A stretch of 63,996 nucleotides of DNA, counting the filler, from Sphacelaria rigidula (taxonomy: Eukaryota), in NCBI GenBank assembly GCA_964200075.2. It is 4 parts of 4 records of this genome, joined end to end, with 100 filler letters (N's around TTAATTAATTAA, not from the genome) between each part and the next. Parts side by side here need not be neighbours in the genome. Positions count along the whole stretch, not along the records: positions 32,286 to 48,325 come from CAXNAA020001509.1; positions 48,426 to 63,996 come from CAXNAA020001693.1; 2 more parts are not named here. One strand, given 5' to 3'. This document shows, piece after piece, positions 36,054-48,694 of the stretch (positions are counted from its first letter, which is position 1; the number at the start of each line of letters is the position of its first letter). The notes under the pieces were generated by a model. It worked only from the letters and a program-made list of their open reading frames with translations. It did not search any database and was not told where the DNA came from. A program made the position numbers and the translations under genes.

Positions 36054-39000
36054 CAGGGGGCAGCGAAAAAAAAACTTCAGGACACGTAGGCCCCAAGATC
36101 GAAAAGTCGAGTTTTTGAGGGAAGGGGGGGACACCCAGCCGTGTGTCCCCTGTTTTTTTGCCGAAGCGTTGGCGGATGCGGGTTAGCTGCCGTAGGCAGT
36201 AGAGATCCTTATATATATTTTATATCATGTACATGTATTATATGTAATATATGATATATTATATATGATATATATATTATATCATATATTATATTCCATA
36301 TATTACATTTAGTATACTTTATTTCGTACATTATATATCATATAATATAGACCTATATTATAGGTCTACATTATACAAATAAATGCTTCTTCTTAATATA
36401 TACTATATTATACATTGTAAACAATATGGAAGGGATAAGCCTCTTCTAGGTTTTACAAGGCGTTGGTCTCTTCTTCAGCAGTTTGGTGCGGAGTACACAC
36501 CGGGTTGTGTCGTGTGGGCGAGCCAGCTGGGCTGAATGTCCTACCGTCGACGCCACTATGAAAGGAATAAGCCCCTTATAGGTTCTACAAGGCGTTGGTC
36601 TCTTCTTCAGCAGTTTGGTGCGGATTGCACACCGGGTTGTGTCGTGTGGGCGAGCCAGCTGGGCTGAATTTGCACAGCAAAGATACCCCGCGTTTATCCG
36701 AGGAATGTTCCCTCCGAGATATTCCTCCGAGGAATCCCGGGAACGGTTCTGACTCTATCTGTGTAACCGCGGCCAGGACAACGGTTCTGGACGGCCATCT
36801 GACGTCACTTTACCGGTCAATCTATAGTGACATTTACAACAATATATGTACATGTATCATTTCACTTTTCACCACTTTTGCCGAGTTTTCTCTGGCGACA
36901 AGGCATTGTTTCCCGCGCTTTCTTTTGCAGTGCACTGAGAAGGCTTAGTGGTACATTACCGTTCAGGTTTGGGTTTCATCTGATTCCTGTGGCGCGTGTT
37001 CTGGCCACCGAAAGTCGCTCAAACTTGCTCTTTTTCACGAGGTGTCGATCCCGAACCACAAAAGCTCTTCCAAGATGATGGAAAACTTGAAACAGGAACC
37101 CGAACCAAAAAAGCCTGTGGAAAATGATGAAGCATACTTACTTGTGGCGGGGTATTTTTACCCCGTGTTTCCCTTTGTCGCGTTCTCGTTCATTCGGGAG
37201 CACGAACACACCGGTTATGCCGCCAATGTCACGAGAACATGAGAGCAAAGCAGTCGAAAACAATTGAACATTGCCTTGGCCTTAGCCAGCAGCAAACACG
37301 AGACCGTGCAATGGGTCGTTGGTAAGTTGAACAAGGCACAGCAGTATGGCAGCACAGGTCTATTTTGCCGCAAAAGACAATCACCCGTTGTAAAAAAGGG
37401 TCCGATGATGTGGAAGCTACAGACAGTGATGGGCAATCGTTTCAGACAAGAACCACAACTCTGCGGAATATATGGCTAGGTAGGTAGGTAGCTAGGCGAC
37501 GTTATCTGGCAACACATAGACTGTACTAATTGTTTTCGATTCCAGACCGTACAGTTCAGTAAGCCTGCAACCATAAGATTGGAAGGCTCGGGGGGTTCTA
37601 CCCTATTCATCTTTGAAACAAGATCGTGCAGTACAATAATTCCGCAAGCATGAGTTTGGAGGGCTCAGAGGTTTCCCCCCGAACACAAGAATAATTACAC
37701 GCACGTGCACTAACAACTACCGCACTCGAGCGGAATATATGTCTAGCTAGCTAGCTAGCTAGGCGACATTATCGCGCAACACCACAAACTCCAATCTGGA
37801 CGTCTATATCAGTGCCTTAGATGGACTTTCAAGCTTTCGATAAAAAAACGAAATTCGTGAAACGGTAGATGGTCACTCGTGTACAGTAGTACAGGCAGCC
37901 TGTACTGTCTGCAAGCAGGGTGTCTTGAGTGCGTGCTTCGTGCATGAGGATACAAAGGAGAAGCGGGTAACGTGCAGTGCAGACAGCCTCGGACTATCGG
38001 TTCTCTCTGCTAACAATACGACGTGCCAGGGACGTCGGCAACGTGCAGCTTTGTACTGCCTGCACTGTCCATGAGCGTGCACGCAACTCGGTTGCCCACC
38101 GTACCACGCAGTTCCGTCGCCGATCCCTGCTACCATGAGAGAAGATGCGCAAGTTTTCGCCAACAAAAAATAAGCAAAGCACACCCGACTACTGCAGCAG
38201 TGTATCTCTCCCTGTGCTTAACTCGTGCTCTATGCTGCAGGGTTGTGATAGTAGCTGAGAACGAGTTGGATGTAAAATGCGTGGTGCTGTGCACAGGCGT
38301 TATCTTGCGTAGTGGTCTGTCAGACAGGAGTCAAGTGCCGCTTCGTGCCTATGCAGATGTTCATATCTTTTCGACTGAGTAATTCTTCTCCGCGCGCCGC
38401 CAATTATAATTTTGGGTTCAAGCCTTCTAGGGACAAAAATACGGTGGACCTATCAGATCGGCCAAAAACAAATTTCGACGGCACTTTTCCGAAACGGTAC
38501 ATGGTCAGTCGTGTACAGTACAAACAGTCTGTACTGTCTGCAAGCAGGGTGTCTTGAGTGCGTGTTTTGTGCAGGAGGATATAACGTAGAAGCGGGTCAC
38601 TGGCGGGGGTCGGCAATCACAGAGTTTTGCGCACAATATTTTGTTCAGCGGCTAATCTCGAAACCTCTGAGCCAAGAGAATCTGAAAAGCAGACCAGGCT
38701 CTTCTCTGTGGGATGATGCAAAGTGTCCGAGACGTGTGTTGGCAGTTTTCCCTGTTTGGGGGTCAACAGTTGGGTCAAACGTCCCAAAAGTGAACAATCC
38801 GTGGGCCAAAAATATCTTTGCTATAACATCCGGCCTGAGAAAAGTCGTTTTGGTCGGTTTCCAAAGATTTTTCAGAACGCGAACTTATTAGGAGTATCTG
38901 AAACTCGGTTCCCGGTATCCTGGTTTGTTTTGTCAAGTACAATAGAGCAATGGCGATTCATCAGATGATGAGACCCTTTGACCGCTAGGTCAGGTCCTCC

Positions 39001-39440
39001 TATGAATCGTGATCACTTTCACTTAAAAAATGGTACACCTCAGAACCAGCGAATTAACCAGAATACCGGGAGTGGAGTTTGAGATACCTCTATCATTTGA
39101 CCCACTGTTTGACTCCCAGACAGGGAAAAAAGCCAGCACACGTGTTACGTCTTGGACCCTTTGCATCGCCCTACAGAGAGGAGCCTAGCCCACTTTCAGA
39201 TTCGCTCGGTTCCAAGGGCTGAACAATAATCCGTGTGCAATAAAAATAAAATATATGGCGATCTCCACAGATTATTGGGCAAACGACCATATGTTGGCGA
39301 CCACAGATTATTGGACACGAATTATTGTTCAGCGGCCAATCTCGAAACCTCGCAGCCAAGCGAACCTGAAAAGTAGGCTAGGCTCCTCTCCGCGGGGTGG
39401 TGCAAGGTGTCCGAGACGTGTGTTGGCGATTTTCACTTTT

Positions 39441-39901
39441 ATGGCAACGAATCCCGATTTTTACGAATAGGAGAGTTTCAGCCCGTCTACAGGCGATTTC
39501 TCCCGTGAATTGATTTTTCGGACCCCAGTCCGTTGGACAATGTTCTTCGGCTAGCGGTGAGCAAACCAGATCAATTCTCCGATTTACGTTGACTTTCGAT
39601 ACATCACCGTTCTGCTGAAATCGGGACACTCCCGCATCTCCCCCGCATCTCCCCCGACTTTTTTTTTAATCCCCCGACTTTTTTTTTAATCGGGGGAGAT
39701 GCGGGAGTGTCCCGATTTGGGCAGAAATGTGATAAACCAAACGTCAACGTCCATATAATCGGAGAATTGATCTGGTTTGCTCACAGCTAGCCGAAAAACA
39801 TCGCCCAACGGACTGGGGTCCGAAAGATCAATCCACGGGAGAAAATCACCTGTAGATGGGCTGAAATCCTCATCTTTGTAAAAATCATGATCCGTTGCCA
39901 T
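39441..39901. repeat. Foldback/MITE-like inverted repeat (~200-bp arms, short loop)
   Basis: atggcaacg...aaatcgggacactcccgcatctccccc pairs with gggggagatgcgggagtgtcccgattt...cgttgccat. Confidence 0.9.
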
Positions 39902-41739
39902 TTTTCATTTTAAAAGTATCTGGAAAAATCCCCAGACAGCGGGATTTTTCCAGATATCACTAGGAAAAGCCATCGATTCCCAGATACTTTTCTGTTCTCT
40001 GTCTGGGAATTGACGTTCCATCACACACTCGTCGCACACCGCACCCACAATGGTACAGTCAGTGTCACACTCCTGCCCTACAAGTTTAGTACAGTCAGTG
40101 CAAAAGTAGCTGTGCACGTTGCATGTACAGTACCGTGGCAACAGCATAGCTGCTGCAGCACTCCGCATGAATTCTCTTCATGACCGTAGGATCAGGAATA
40201 GACGGTGCAATACACTACAGTGCTTTTTCGCTGGCAGGGTTACTATTATAAAATAACACGATGTCGCCCCTGCTGGCTGTGTTGGCTGCTCGTATCGTTT
40301 CGTGCTCGTCGTGCCCGCCACCGATGACGAAGTCTGTAGTATTCTGTGTACTGAGACTGTTGCTACCACACTACCAACTTTCACGTGAGTTTGTTGTGCG
40401 CGGTATGGCACAAATCGTCTGCTGCACACACTGCACCGCTTGCGACACTGCCACCGTACCAAGCGGCGATCGGCTGTAGTAAGGGTTGGTACGCCTGTCA
40501 TTAAGAGATCCCTATCATACCAGTAGCTACTGTGTGTGTGCGTGCGTGTGTGTATGTGTATGTGTGTGCGTGTGTGTTACCATCCCATCTATCCCGTACC
40601 TCGACGGGATTATTTACGTGTTAGTGTACCGCGGGTGAGACAAGCACAAAATGCACATGATGACCACTATATATACCGCCGTCTGCACGCAGGCTAGATG
40701 ATGGCCTCGGATGTACAAATCCCCGGGAGTTTTCATAGACAGTAAGGTGAAGTTTTGAAAACCGATATCACAGGAAAAAGTCTCGGAGAAAAGTCATTTC
40801 GGACGACTTTTCTTAGACGCAGTCTATAACAAGCGGCCTCACACGAAGCATCATTTCTCAATGACGTCTGACCAGATTTGCGCAAGGTCACGCACAACGT
40901 GCACGGCTGATGAGCAGCTACGCATATGCCACACATGTCGAAATTATTGCTGCCCAACAATTGTACAATCTTCCATGCGTGTTACTTAGTTAGGTTGGTC
41001 AACCTTATCCGGAGCCACCATCCGATAAGACATGCGATGTTTGGTACAGCCACGATACTACTACTACAACAGCCTCTCTTAACCATATATTTTCGACTTG
41101 CGTCATCCCCGGGAGGCCCGTACCACCCTCCCGAAGGGGAACCTTGTATTTTTACGTGCATGTATCATTTCGCATTTTCAATCACTTTTGCCGAGTGTTC
41201 TCTGGCTGCAAGGCATCTTTGCCCGCGCTTTCTTTTGCAGTGCACGAAGGAGGGTCAGCGGTACATTACAGTTCAGGTTTGAGTATCATCTGGTACCTGT
41301 GGCGCGTGTTCTTGCCTTCGAAAGTCGCCCACACTGGCTCTTTTTCGCGAGTTGTCGATCCCGAACCACAATAGCCTCCTCAAGATCGTCGAAAACTTCA
41401 AACAAGAGCCACAAAAGCCTGCTCATGGCGGGGTATTTTTTCACCGTGATTTTATTTGCGTTCTTGATGATTTGGGAACACGAGGACAGTGGTTATGCAG
41501 CGAATGTCACGAGAACATGAGAGGAAATCAGTTGAAGACAGCCGGACATTGCCTTGACTTAGTCAGCAGCAAACACAAGTCGGTGATCTGAGATCCCTTA
41601 TCCTTTAGTTTTGACGTGAGGCCTCTGACACGGTCATATCTGCGTAATATGTGCCCCAATTATGCAAACGTTACAATCCACTAAAAAGCATCGTGGAGAA
41701 TACTGAAGAATGTGTAGATTGTTACTAGAGGAAGGGGTC

Positions 41740-42278
41740 ACAGTCACAGCTGCAGCAGGGGAAGTCGCTGATTGCCTGGTGTGCATTGATACGGTGGATA
41801 CCCACGGTGCGTGGCATTTTGTTGTTTCAACACCCTGCTGTCTGATGACGGCTAGGTAGAGTGGGTACAGGGATAGTTGATCACGCAGGCTGCGACGGAT
41901 CCTGCCGGCCTCATCATCAATCTTCGCCCAGTTATGGACGAACGATCGAAGAAACCCAGCAAATAAGCATCGTCTATGGTCCGCTACATATGTGAGGGTT
42001 GGGAGCTGAACATTTTCGCTTAAAAAATCTCGACAGTGGAAGATTGAGCTCCTGTCGCGCGACCAGTGGGTAGTGCTGCAAACCTTTGCCGGCGTACCTG
42101 GCACTGGGGGCGACATCCCGGTACAGACAGTCCCAACACTACCGGGACGGCCGTGCACAGGCCGGCAGCCGGAATGGCCGTTGCACTGGTGTTCTTCTAG
42201 CGTTATCAACTTAGAGTACGGCCGCACAGGCTTTGCACGCGAAGATTTCGGTGACTGCCTCACTTCCACTTCGGCCAT
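41740..42278 (-). CDS. Possible exon/ORF of unknown function inside the TIR element
   Basis: Part of a 214-aa ATG-initiated ORF with protein-like composition; no family recognised. Confidence 0.3.
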
Positions 42279-43600
42279 GTGCTGTGGATTATTTGATTAT
42301 TTCACGATCGCACCGCCTGATATGTACAGTATGGAAATGTATTACACCCTAGACAAGAGCTTTCTACAGTCAGTATACAATTTAAAAACATGTACTGTGC
42401 ACAGTATAAAAGCTATTGCCTTCTGCGACGTGCACAATACTCGTACAAAAAAGGGAACTGCGCGCAGTATGACTTCAAGACAGTGTAGAAATCGCCTGGC
42501 GGTATGAATTGGTACGGCCGGCTTGTGCGCTATAGCGGCTGTATTGCCATCCGCTCAAGATACAGGCAGAAATTATTACGGCAGAGGCGGCCTATTACTC
42601 TTGCGTGCACCACCTAGGGCAAATGCACACTTAGCTGCAACACCGACCGCTGTACTAGATGTGGTGAAGCGAGGGGTGGTACACCGCGTACACACAGACA
42701 TCAAGCAATATCATACATGTATACTGTGCACAAGTGTGATTCGAAATCCGTGCGTGCGGGGTCGGGCCGACATTTAGAGATCTCTGCACAAGTTCGCCGT
42801 GTACTACCGGGACACGACCTTACTTCAGTAGCGATCACTTGCGATGTGTGCTGCGACGGGTCTCGTGCGTGATAGTGTTTTTTCTATCGTTTTTCCACCT
42901 CCGCACACCTCTTGTGAAGCGTGCTCTTCATGGTGGAAGTGTTCACCGCTCTTTCCGCCACTCTTGGTCTGAGACATTCGAAACTGCGAAATGTGACAGT
43001 ACGAGTATCTACTGGAAGGTACATATTCTCCCACACAATCGCCTCCATAATATGAAAGAGGAATAACACTGGTATATTTTCGACTTGCGTCACCCCCGGG
43101 AGGCCAGTATCAACCCCCCGAAGGGGGACCTTGTAATGTATATATGATACTTATATTAGAAATATATATGTAAAGGAGCAGAAGCAAATATACACCCTGC
43201 GAAGCCCGCCCAAATTTTCGGATTTTGTCAATGTTCATTGATCAATTTCTTGAAACAAAGTTAACAGAAAATATATGAAAAAATCAGGATAATTTTAATT
43301 GTCGAAAAAATGCCCTCCTGCGTCTGACGTCATCGGGACAGAACGGGCAAGGAGCAGAAGCAGATATACGTACCTCACGAACCCCGCCAGACTTTTCGGT
43401 TTTTGTCAGCGTTTATTGATCAACTTCTTGTGAAAAAATTAACAGAAAAATCAGAAGAATGTTTATTGATCAATTCCTTGCGACAAACTTGACAAAAACA
43501 AATCGAAAAAACCATGACGAGTTTCGAAAAATTGCTCTCCGAGAGGGGAGGGCGGGGGGGGTGGGACTACGTGTCCGAAAGTTTCCTCAGCGCTGCCCTG

Positions 43601-43715
43601 GTTAGCCTCTTCATTTTCATATATTCGTGTCCGGGCTGTGTTATGGTGGGTGAAAGAAAAAGGGGAGTTCGCCTCTTCATTTTAATATCTGTGTCGGGGC
43701 TGTGTTATGGCAGGT
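43601..43715. repeat. Continuation of the 63-bp monomer array (~2 units)
   Basis: gtgtccgggctgtgttatggtgggtgaaagaaaaagggg units. Confidence 0.9.
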
Positions 43716-43733
43716 TTCCAGGAAAGGTTATAT

Positions 43734-44100
43734 TGTGGAGGATATCTCTTTGCAGTGACATATTAGAGACTGATGCCACACATGTATGCAGACCCAGCGC
43801 AAGCAGGGACAAGGTAGGAACGTTCCGGAAGGACCAGATCACCGAGGATCCTGTAATGCCGACGTAACTAGACAACTCGGGGGGATGCTAGGAAGAGCCT
43901 AATGTAGGACGGTGCAACATCTCGTGAGGAACTGGTCGCCCACGGCGAGCGCTCTCCTAGTCTGATCCCACTTCTTGCCTACATATACAAGAGGAAATCA
44001 TCGCCAGCCTCGGAGTTCCTTCGGCATCAGGACGGCAGTCTCCCCCCCGTAGGCCTCTGACTACTCTAGCGATACGCCTTCCTCACACTGGCGACACCAG
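43734..44100 (+). mobile_element. Putative 5' LTR (43734-44087) and primer-binding site (44089-44100)
   Basis: TGTGGAGG...CCTCACA inverted termini, then c-TGGCGACACCAG, which is complementary to a tRNA 3' end with CCA. It lies directly upstream of pol relics. Confidence 0.7.
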
Positions 44101-46620
44101 AACAGAACTCAAACAAGACAGGCCTTGGAAGTAAAAGTTGGAGCGAGAACCGACTGCTCCCCGACACCGGAAATACTGGGGTCCCCCAAGGAACGCTACT
44201 CCAGGTGAAACGTCTGGGTCATGTGCTCAATTATTCGAGTTGAGAAACTATTGGAGTCATGTGTTTGGATCAACACGAAATTTATTTGTCACCCGTATGA
44301 ATAATCAAAGAACGAAACGCGAGTTTAGACTCCCAAGGGTGCAGTATATGTCACCAGTACGACTAGTCAAACAGCGAAAACACAAAAATAATCTATTTAG
44401 TAGGCATTATATGTCACCAGAACGGCTGATACAACAGCGAATCCACAATCAACCAACCTTTCACCACCATCACGCGAAAGTCACGGCAATTAATCAAGCA
44501 GGCCGACCTCTGGAAACGCAGTGACTCAAAATAGCATCAACAACTAAGTTACCCAACCTGCGAATGCACGACCTTGTCATTCCCTACCAGGTTGCGAACG
44601 AAAGAAAAGAGGTGTATCGGATGGTCTTTTACCGCATCCCAGATCACAAGCTGAGAGAGGTTGAAAAGTACAGACATGTTCAAGTCCCCACACCTCATCT
44701 CGCATGAAATGTACGAAGTCTCAACCGTCTGGTGAAGAAACCATATAGGAGGAATGCGGGTTTCTCGGTCAGTACAACAACTCACTCCTTCAGAAGGGCA
44801 CCAAAACAGCCTTCAGTCGTGGTGTGAAAATACGTACGAAGAGCAAAAGCTGGAAAGAGCACGATGAGAGTTGGTCCCCAAGCAGCCTTCAGAGCAGCTG
44901 TGGGAAAAACAATACACCACACGAAGGACCATCATCAAACATGTAGCTCAATTTGTTGAAGCTCTCAAGTATGTTACATTCTGCGCCGTACCCCGAGGGA
45001 TCGGTAACGTTACATCCCGTTGCAAGCAGGGGCTGTTGATTCCACATCAAAACACCAGTCTTCCTTTTTTTTCAACCCGATCTTGGACGATCACTTTTAT
45101 GACTCATACAACACATCACCGCTCGCCAGGTATACAAATGCGCCCCTAGCGCTATCCTGGGCATCAGCCGCGTTAGAGTCGCAGCCAGAGTAAACGGTAC
45201 CCTCGCTGAAAACAATCACAATCGATTCCGCAGCAGGATGTACAGGGTATCAGCAGAAGTTCATCGATGCACATTTTGCCATCATGGCAGCTGATATTAA
45301 GCCAGTACCGCCAGAACTCACCGATCTCAGAAACGCGGAATAAAAAATCCGAGGGTTCCGGCATAGAATGGCAGCATTAGTTGAAACAGAAAACACCCCG
45401 TGAACAACAACAACAACGACTGTCGTGCGGCAACGCATAATAACCGAAGAGGACACTCGATCGTCGGATGTACCTCAGGCATTCACGGGCATCAGCCTTT
45501 CAAGGACAGCAGGCACGTAGTAGGTGACGAACAAAAAAAAGAAATCGTACAAATTACCAACCTATCGAGCCCACATGTAAACCCCGGAAAAACTCCATGA
45601 TAATGATAAGAGACAAAAAGCCGGAGAAACTTCATGTTATTCCGGACACCCTCACGACTGCTTGCGCTACTACAACTATGTGGCAACGTGCCAAAGGACC
45701 ATGTGCTGCAAATAGCTGAGCCGCAGATCACCGTCAAATATCAACTAAGAAGCTAGACTGTTTGAAGCCAGTGCAAAGAGACCGAGACCTGTCAGTCAAC
45801 CGGCCAGAATGTGCCGATGGGACACGTTCCGGTAGGACGGCTAGACGAAAGAGTGCCGGCAAACCTAGTCGAACGCACAACGAATCCGATGTAAAACGCT
45901 GGAGTACTAGGTGAATATGTACTGTCCGTAGTGGACTACCTCACCAAAAACTCTTTTTGACAGAGTCTTCACTACATTTGGCATCCCGGGAAAGCTGCGT
46001 TTTAATTCAAGAGCCAAGCAGCAACACCCGAAGAATTTTCCAACGAAACACGGGAAAACCTACAGTTTGGATTTGAAATTGCGAGACAAGCCCTACGAGA
46101 AGAGCGAACGAGCAAGAAAACAAGAACAAATTCAAATGTTTCCCGGTGTTCAAACCCGACCAAAAGGTACTCTTGTACCCACCATAACAGGACTCAGGAA
46201 GGCCGAGCCCGAACCTCCAATCTACATGGAGAGGACCTTTCATGGTAACCGAGAGACGATCGCCGGTTGTGCACATAATCGAAATAGGCGACGACTCTAA
46301 AGAAATGTCAGTACATCGCGCTAACTTGAAGAAATATCACCCGTGGGAAACACCACCGGCATCAGATGTCGATAAATCGAGCGAGTTGTTCCTAGACAAA
46401 CAGATACCTCCACCAGAGAGACCAACCACACAAAACATTGCCTACAATGAAACGTTGCGCTGCCGAAAAAGTGCTAGGTCACGCGCCAGGCCCAGGTCGA
46501 AGAAGTCGTTACAACGATGAATATCTGTTGAGACACCAGGGCTACGGCCCAGCGGCTGACCTGATCTACCGAAGAATTGCTCAGCACCGAACTTTGACAA
46601 AGGGTTAGCTGAATGCTCAC
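44101..46620 (+). mobile_element. Heavily decayed Ty3/Gypsy (chromovirus-like) internal region
   Basis: Integrase motif EYVLSVVDYLTK (~45913-45948); GPY/F motif WRGPFMVTERRSPVV...VHRANLKKY (~46227-46340); chromodomain-like EYLLRHQGYGPAAD (~46519-46560). Confidence 0.8.
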
Positions 46621-47969
46621 ATCCAGACTTGGAATCCAAAACTACAGGGAAACGGAAACGGATGTGACTGTTTAGCAGAATGTTTAAGCGTCCTAGCAAA
46701 ACGCTCAAAGGTTGAGCAGTAACCTGAGATCAAAATTCGGAGATTAATGAGACTAAAAAGCTACAGCCCAACAATTGACCTAACCTATCGAGCTGACGAA
46801 ACAACACAAGGTAGACACATCCTCGATATATACCGTCATGACAACGAGTTAGCAAAGCGCTCACATCCTGAGTCGTAACCCCAAAATACCGGGTAACGGA
46901 AACGGATGTGACCGTTCAACAGACTGTTCAAGCGTCCTAGCAACACGCTCAAGGGTCGAGCAGTAGCCCGGAGTCAAAATTCGGAGATCAAGGAGAGTCA
47001 CAAGAGAAGAAAACAAAAAAACAACGTTAGAACAATGCAGACATGAACGGAAACATATCTGACATGTCAACGGTGACCGGAGTGCAACTTCCCAAGGAAG
47101 ATAGCTTCTCAGCAATAGGGGTAGTGCCGATCATTTCAATGATGTTTAGACAAAAAAGCACAATGCTCACACGCCGAAACATCGTATTCATCGCTTTGTT
47201 GCTAACACGATAACGCTGTACTATTTCGGTGTCAGCGGAACCGAAGATATCCCAGAACCCGGATATGAAAAACCCAGGCGCCCGTGCACCGATCAGTGTC
47301 CCAGTGCCCAGGCATGTAGAAACAGCAGATGCATCCAGCACCAGAATGCAACGCATCTAGTGGATTATCTAATGGGACACACGTATATCCCACAAATTGA
47401 TACGAAGCAAAGAACATGTCGATGTTTCACCAAAGAGCACAATGCTCGGAAGATACACATCAAACCCACCGCTTTGGTACTAACGCGAGGACTTTGTCCT
47501 ATACTCCGGTGTCGGTGGAACCGAAGGTATCCCAGAACCCGGGCAGAAATATCCCAAGCGCCCGTGGACCGGGTCCGCCTCCCAGTGCCCAGTCAGGTAT
47601 ACCTAACTGATGCAGCCTGCACCAAAGTGCAAAAAGCATCCCATACGAGCTGGGCCGGTCATCAGTGATTTTCAAACGAAGAGTGGAGATGCGTTTGGCA
47701 AATCGAAGAGTTCGGCGCTGAAATTTTGACACGACATTTTCATCATCAATCCGCGCAACACTCCGAGTGGTGCAGAAGAAGAAGAAAAAACAAAAAGTTA
47801 GAGCGAGTTAAAGTTTCAGCAAAACCAGGAAAAGTGCTATAACTTCCTCAAAAAATGTTCAAAACCATAACAACGCTCGGGTACATACGAGCACTCGCAT
47901 CACCCATATCCTTATAAAGTTTCAGCCAAAAATACGCAAAATTGGGGTTCGCGTCGCACGTTTTGTGTG

Positions 47970-48052
47970 ACCCCGGTGGTCAAACTGATACAACAGCCCC
48001 AAAACACACAGGTCATGAGTTCGAATCCCGGCATGACCACTTTTTTTTTTTT
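47970..48052 (+). other. tRNA-derived (SINE-head-like) sequence with A/B boxes and a T-run
   Basis: ccccggtggtcaaactg...ggtcatgagttcgaatcccggc...T-run. A related B-box lies on the minus strand at ~9557-9580 and a related A-box start at 32131. Confidence 0.45.
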
Positions 48053-48325
48053 CAAGGGGCATGACCACATGCATGATGCCATGCCCGTGTCATCAGTTGC
48101 GGTACCCGCGCCCTACGATACAGCCGTGCACGCGCTGTAGGAGCTGCATGGCGCTTTTACTTCGACCAGTTCTCATGTCAAGCACGACCAACAACCTCTT
48201 ATCGCAGAATGTGGCCATGTCTTTTGGAGGAGCATGAAACGGGGCGGAGACAGGTAACAACAAATTGTGCGAATTGAGGTTTAACTTCGAGATGAGGCTC
48301 AAGCCTAAAACAGTGCTTTCCCCAC

Positions 48326-48425
48326 NNNNNNNNNNNNNNNNNNNNNNNNNNNNNNNNNNNNNNNNNNNNTTAATTAATTAANNNNNNNNNNNNNNNNNNN
48401 NNNNNNNNNNNNNNNNNNNNNNNNN
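48326..48425. other. Artificial contig linker
   Basis: N44-TTAATTAATTAA-N44. Confidence 0.97.
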
Positions 48426-48694
48426 CCCTTGGACCGCGGTGCCCGTAGTCCATCTGGACCACGCGTGTACTTTTTCCAAGTGAACATTGATGCCGATTCA
48501 GCAGGTGACCTACTCTCGCGGTCTTACGGTCAAGTCCTCCTGCGGAGTTTGGGGGGGGAAGATATTTTCGCTCTGTGTTACTCTTTCGTATCTTCCCTGC
48601 AATAGAGAAATGCGACTTCAGCCCCATTTTAGTGTTGAACCTCAAAATTTAAAATCGGCTGTTAAATGTAAAATAATTATATAAGCCTGGGAAT

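Larger units (their letters stand above)
36054..43600. mobile_element. 7.5-kb TIR DNA element (P- or hAT-like) inserted in the monomer array
   Basis: Left end CAGGGGGCAGCG..AAACTTCAGGACACGTAG; right end reverse complement CAGGGCAGCG..AAACTTTCGGACACGTAG. GTTAGCC is duplicated at 36047-36053 and 43601-43607, and the array resumes after it. Confidence 0.85.
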
